This document shows, piece after piece, positions 57,422-64,000 of a stretch of 64,000 bases of DNA (the first letter of the stretch is position 1; each line of letters begins with the position of its first letter). This DNA is from Chrysomallon squamiferum (taxonomy: Eukaryota > Animalia > Mollusca), in the NCBI GenBank assembly GCA_012295275.1, contig CM022670.1, positions 1,798,001 to 1,862,000 of the forward strand. The letters run 5' to 3'. Made by a program: the position numbers and the translations under genes. Under the pieces are notes generated by a model. The model was not told the origin of the DNA, did not search any database, and saw nothing but the letters and a program-made list of their open reading frames with translations.

Positions 57422-60400
57422 TTAAAAAAAATTATTTCAGTAAGTAAATTGAAATCTCTCTGTACGCTTACTAAAGAAATAAATAAATAAATAAATAAAT
57501 AAAAGTCTTTAAAGAAATATTTTTTGGAATGTTCAGTGAAAGCCTTCATTTCATTTAACAGTAAGTTTAGTTAGTGGTTGTAAATACGTTTTGAAAGTGT
57601 GAGATGAGTCGCTTTGCTCTCACGTTATTCGAGTGTCTAGCAGCACACCGGAATTTCTTGTGTTTATTTGCTTGAAGACGGTTCACTGCATTCATACAGC
57701 ACTGGATATTACAGAAATGACAGACAGTCAGACAGACAGACAGATAAATTCTTTATTAGTTTCTCATTTTGAACAGGGAAACAGATGAATCATCGCTTGT
57801 CTCTGTGAAATACTGGGCAGCAAAATAAATCAGTTTACTATTTTTATTTTTACTACTTTTATCGTAAGTTAATATTAAATTCAAAAATCATAGACGCTAA
57901 GCTGTAATATTACTTTTTATAAAATATTCAAATACTTGTTTCTTTTTATAATAATATACATCAAAAAGAACATTAATATTTTTCAGATATATACCTACAC
58001 GCAAGCACACGCACACTGAGATACATACATGTATACAGACCCAAACCTCACTGAACCTAACAACATATCTACTTACCCAAATGCACGCAACATTTAATTT
58101 TCCAGTAACCATTAGCATAAAATAATTTCAAAACAAGACAAATAAATTACATTAAGCTAAACAGAAAATAGAAAAAAAAAAAAAAAATGAACTATATATG
58201 ATATTTAATTCAAAAACACTATAATTCTGTTTGACGTCATGTTCCTGTCTATTTTGACATCAAAACAATCTCAGTAATTTGAAACAGTTTCGTATAATTT
58301 GAACTAAAAAAAATTTAAAAAAAAAAAGAAAAAAAAAAAGAAATCTCAAAAGAATCAAGCAAAGCTATATGCTGCGTAAAATCCATTTGCGTACATCCAA
58401 AAAGCCTTCATTTCGAAGATTCTCGCAGTTAAAAGCTCACGAACTGATGCGTCGATCGCAGCAAATTATGGACGTGCAATTTGCATCAGAACTGATCAAA
58501 GCCAGCGAGTGTGAAACCTGACGTAGAGCGTGCGACATCGTTACACTGCACAAACGATTTTTTCCCTGTCGCAGAGACTCGCTTGTCTCAGCTGATAGGA
58601 AAATACTGGCTCCGTTACTTTTTGCTGGCTTTGTCAGGTTAACAGATGGGAACTGCTGAGAACTCTCCGGTCATTATCCATTGATATGCAAATGCGAGCC
58701 GCCCCGAATTAAGTAAATCTTTTATGACTGTCTGTGGTGGGACGCTGCCACATTTCCATGAGATTGGCAATCGATTATTTTGATTCCTTGGATACCAGGT
58801 CAGGAAAGAAAGAAGAACGTAAAATAGTTTTATTTAAACTTAAAGTTAATTTGCTGTTTTCAGTTATTAGGCAATTTATCTGATGGTAAAATGAAAAAAT
58901 AAAATATAAATTAACTAAAAAAATATTAAATTAATTAACTTCCAAATGTTAACTAAAGGAATTAAAAGAATTTTTAAGAAAAATTCAGACAACCTAAACA
59001 ACATAACTAGAAATACCATTTTGAACAGAATTCTCTAGCCCACAACAAGCATACTTAAATACTGTCGTTATGGAGGCTGGCACACATATGAAGAAGGATG
59101 AAAACAGAGCTTACACCTTTATCAGTCTCTTAAAACAATTTACTGATTAATATCCATTAAAAAAGTCAAGACTGAAATTAACAACAAAAATTCATTCTAG
59201 TTACATACGGTATATCGTTTTATTTTTCATTTTTACCAGTGTTTACGTATAACAATTTCTACGAATAATATAAGCTCAAATTGTCCATGTTTAACATGAC
59301 GTAATTTCGAACGCATATACGCAAAACACACATTGATTTTCTGAAGATGAATAACAAACCAATAATTACAGAATAATAATAAGGCAGAACTGATCTTTAC
59401 TCAAACATAACAATCAGCTGAGCTTTTTTTTTCTTTCTTTTTGTTCTTAATTGAGGTTTTAATCACTAACTATTTAAGAAATACGAGTTAAAAAAAGCTA
59501 ACGATTCACATTATAAGAAAAATAAAATAAACTAACACACTTTATGGATTTGTTATTGTCGGTTGGACTTCCTCCTGTGCATATAATCATTATTACACTT
59601 CACTGCATATGACTGAAAAAACTAAATTATCGTTGCTGATTTTTTTTTTTATTCTAACAGTATTTTTTTTAATGAAATAATGCACACGGAAATACTTCCT
59701 AATATAATTTCTTTTTGTGGCCGGTTTATTGTGGTGTTTATATTCAATTAAAAAAAAAAAAGAGGAAAATAATGTTTTCGGCATTCATGCATGCGTATTT
59801 ATTACAACAATGTTTTTTTTTGTTTTTTTTAAATATACATCCATGTTTCGATGAGGCCTTCACTCAAACACTGATAGAGAGACAGATATACACACATACC
59901 TACCTACCTAGCTACCTACCTACCTACCTACGCACATACATGCATACATACATACATACACACACATACATACATAGATACATATACACACATATACATA
60001 CAAACAAACATACAAACATACATGCACACATACACACATATACATACATACAAACAAATATACATATAAACATACATACACACACACATACATACATACA
60101 TACATACATATGGACACAGAAAGAGTCAACACAACAGACAACCTGATTGAGAGTGATGAATGCGTCTTGCAGTGTGTTTCTTCTTGTTTATCAAAATCCA
60201 TTATTTATCTGCGCATTCAGCATTTGCCCGCTAATTCACACTTTACCCCGCGTCCGCATCCTGTACGAATTCTGATGTTATCCCGTGATTCATGCGATAT
60301 TTATTAACAGTTCGGCGGTATGATGTTCCTATCGATTTCTGGACGGGCATGCAGTGACATGCCTCGGCCCACAAAAACACGGAGACTTCGGCAAACTCTA

Positions 60401-61834
60401 ATGAAACCCACTTGCACGATGTAATTGTGCGGAGATTAGTGTATCTAATCGCAGCAGTTTAGTTGATTGATATGACAAGGTGACACGAGTGTGAAAGCAT
60501 TGAGATGCGTTCCCGCTGCGTGGATTTAGATTATTTCCAGTCACCCATTCTTTAACTGGCAAACTCCGAGAATGAAACTTTACAGTCTCGGTGCTTCGGT
60601 TTGTGTCGGCCGGCTTCGTAATTTAAAAGGAACTCGGTCAGAGTTAGTCACGACAGTTAATATTTCAGACCCGATTTGCATGAGAGATGACGCTGAAATA
60701 AAGTTATCACCAGTTTTTTTTCTTCTGATCGGTTAATTATGAGCTTGTCTCTGCGAGTTCATCCTGGAAACGCTTTAACTAAAAGTTATTTAAATATCAA
60801 CTTATTTGAACGAATCTGTCAATCCGCATACTCGGTTTTCTCATAGGTTTAAGTTTGAAAACTGAGACACTTTCACGGAGTAGTTGTAATAAAGTTACCT
60901 TTAATTTTGTTTTAAAGCAATAACAGTATTTGATTGCAGTTCTAACAGTGATGGTGACGGTAATACAAGTTTTGGAAAAATAGTAATAATAATAGAGAGA
61001 GACGAGTTTGAAATATTAAGGACTCCAACTCTGTCTTCTACAGATTTTGAAACATTATACATACATATATGTATATATATATATATATATAAAAATTTGT
61101 ATGTATATATATATGTATATATGTATGTGTGTATGTATGCATGTATGTATTTATATCCATATCTGAACAATTACCTAACATCATTTTATAACATAAAACC
61201 CTAACAGTTTACATTTATCAGTAGAAAGACATTCCAAAAAGCGAGCGTTCGAGAGTAAAAAATGTATCAAATAAAAACATGTCATTCATGTCCAAAAGGT
61301 TGCAACAGCACAAACACGTGTTGATGTGTTCTTGCATAAAATGTCTTCCTCTGTTTATCTGAAACATTACAGACGAGGCTGAGATAGAATATATTTATTC
61401 ACTTATATACAAAATTATAATTATTGGATTAATTAAAGTGACGCCGATGAAATAACGGAATCTCATAGAGGGAGACTTGCCGCACATTCTCAGCTCATCA
61501 GAGGACACATCCGGCTGATTTCCGTTCCAACTATTACACGTCTAGCCTTCACACCAACTAATCAGAAATCATTATCTTCGTTCTGCAGAATAAATTCGTC
61601 TGAGAACCAACAGACGTCAAATATCAGTTCTTCCTTCTTAGCTCTGCTGCTATCTTCTTTTCTTTCTTATCTTTCTCTCCACCCTGTATATCTCTTTTAA
61701 TCTCGTTCTGGTTTTTCTTGTTCTTCTTTTTTCCTTTCTTTCTACTATTCTGATTCTCTCTGACTGACAAGAGATATGTTGTTTGTCTTTTCCTGGCTTC
61801 ATCTCTGTCCCATTTTTGTTTCACAGCCTGTTTC

Positions 61835-61840
<6 letters not shown>

Positions 61841-61928
<88 letters not shown>

Positions 61929-62295
61929 CTCTCTTTCTCTCTGCATCTCTCTCTGTCTGTCTCTCTCTTTCTCTCTCTCTCTGTATCTCTCTCTCTCTCT
62001 CTCTCTCTGTATCTCTCTCTCTCTCTCTGTCTCTCTGTCTGTCTCTCTCTCTCTGTCTCCCTCTTTCTCTCTCTCTCTGTATCTCTCTCTCTCTCTCTGT
62101 ATCTCTCTTTCTCTCTCTGTCTCTCTCTCTCTCTCTGCCTGTCTTTGTCTCGCTTTCCCTCGATCTATCTATCTATACATGCATAATACATACATACATA
62201 CATACATAGATACCTACCTAGATACATACATACATACATACATACATACATACATACATACATACATACATACATACATACATACATACATACAT

Positions 62296-62367
<72 letters not shown>
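61841..62367. repeat. Compound (CT)n / (TACA)n / (CA)n microsatellite
   Basis: Direct reading. Confidence 0.95.
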
Positions 62368-62841
62368 GACGTATAGAATTAATTGTAATCTCTCTGTCGC
62401 TCAGTCTTTAATTTATAATTAGCCGTGAACCTTTTTCAAGTTTTTCAACAATCAAATAAGTGGCTAATTACTAAGCACAGCCGTAATACCAGAGATTACC
62501 TCCTTCACATAGATCTTTAAGATCAAAGGTTACTCTTTGCTTTGATGTCCATATATTGTTTTATTTCCCTTTTTAATCCTATTAAAACAACAATTTTAAT
62601 TAAGCTTGAGTGAATGATACTACAGGTACCCAGATTATTAGATACAGAGACTTTGAAGTAGAAATCCTGAAAGTCAGTTGCATAATAGTTTTACAGTTTA
62701 CACCGATACGTGATCAAATACACAGAATGATGATAGTGATGATGATGAAGATGATGATAAATTTTAAAAAATTAAAAAATAAACAATCGTAAAATGTTAG
62801 TTCTGATGTTTGTAATTATGTTGATGTGTGTCTGCTGTGAG

Positions 62842-63217
62842 AAAAATAAATAAATGAAGTGATATCTGAAGTATGCTATACTGATAAAAATAAATAAATG
62901 AAGTGATATCTGAAGTATGCTATACTGATAAAAATAAATAAATGAAGTGATATCTGAAGTATGCTATACTGATAAAAATAAATAAATGAAGTGATATCTG
63001 AAGTATGCTATACTGATAAAAATAAATAAATGAAGAGATATCTGAAGTATGCTATACTGATAAAAATAAATAAATGAAGTGATATCTGAAGTATGCTATA
63101 CTGATAAAAATAAATAAATGAAGAGATATCTGAAGTATGCTATACTGATAAAAATAAATAAATGAAGAGATATCTGAAGTATGCTATACTGATAAAAATA
63201 AATAAATGAAGTGATAT
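62842..63217. repeat. 44-bp minisatellite, about 8.5 near-perfect copies
   Basis: Unit AAAAATAAATAAATGAAG(T/A)GATATCTGAAGTATGCTATACTGAT starting at 62842, 62886, 62930, 62974, 63018, 63062, 63106, 63150 and 63194 (partial); no spacers. Confidence 0.97.
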
Positions 63218-63814
63218 ATGTGTATGTTTGTATGTATGTATGTGTATGTGTATGTGTATCAGTGTGTATGTATGTGTGTATGTATGTGTATCAGTGTGTA
63301 TGTATGTATATTTATGTGTGTGTGTGTGTGTGTGTGTATATATTCGCAATTCAAGCAATTCAACAATCATAAACAAACTGAACTGCACCGCAGATAAATG
63401 ATTAGTCAGTCAGAAAGAACATCCATTAAAACATCTCACTTATTGCACACTTGTCTAGACCACAACGAAATTAACATTGAAGAAAAACTGAACGAGCTTG
63501 GAGTCTTTGTTAAATTGTCCAGAAAAAAAGAACCAGAAACACAAATTGCTAATTCCTTTATCTAGGTCCCACTGAAGTCATTCTTATCACATTTATAGTC
63601 TGGTATTCCATCTGGCGGTTATCTAATTAATCACATCCCAAGTCCCTCAGAGGTACTGAACTTCTAGCTGTACATGGTGATACAGAGATGTGGCTTGTAT
63701 ATATACATATTTAGTGTGTCAGAGTTGTTTTGTTGTATTGTTATTATGTAAACGCTTATAATTTGGAAGCTCTTTTGAATAGATGGCGTATCTATATTAG
63801 TATTACAGGCATAT

Positions 63815-63869
63815 CTTATTATATATTTATTTATTTATTTATTATTATTATTATTATTATTGATTATTG

Positions 63870-63905
<36 letters not shown>

Positions 63906-63914
63906 GATTATTGA

Positions 63915-63971
<57 letters not shown>

Positions 63972-63972
63972 T
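63815..63972. repeat. (ATT)n microsatellite
   Basis: Direct reading. Confidence 0.95.
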
Positions 63973-64000
63973 TAAATAGTCTCTATTCCTCTTTTTTAAT

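Noticed and set aside
62842-63217. CRISPR-like array
   Set aside because: Units are head-to-tail with no unique spacers, there are no cas genes, and the context is eukaryotic.

Overview
AT-rich, microsatellite-dense animal genomic DNA. The repeat style and gene content suggest a mollusc, possibly a cephalopod (inference only). The window holds one multi-exon gene on the minus strand (~42.7 kb to ~7.9 kb) encoding an NMDA-type ionotropic glutamate receptor subunit most similar to GluN3 (GRIN3-like). I reconstructed 9 coding exons by hand. Eight have GT-AG boundaries with matching phases and give 3519 nt (1172 aa) when exon 7 is left out. Exon 7 (10108-9985) has the expected phase-0 boundaries and starts with the GluN3-like 'SQ|RLYRVV' motif, but as given it carries an in-frame TGA, apparent indels and an A17 run. 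The most notable protein features are a Gly-His pore tip (GluN3 has Gly-Arg; the His codon CAT is one A-to-I edit from Arg) and a divergent agonist pocket. The rest is introns and intergenic DNA: one intact-looking 288-bp Tc1/mariner-pogo-type MITE, several decayed LINE fragments, two local duplications, three minisatellites (one overlapping a splice acceptor) and many microsatellites, which explain most ORFs in the track. I found no CRISPR array, rRNA, intact tRNA or evidence of a new multi-gene system.
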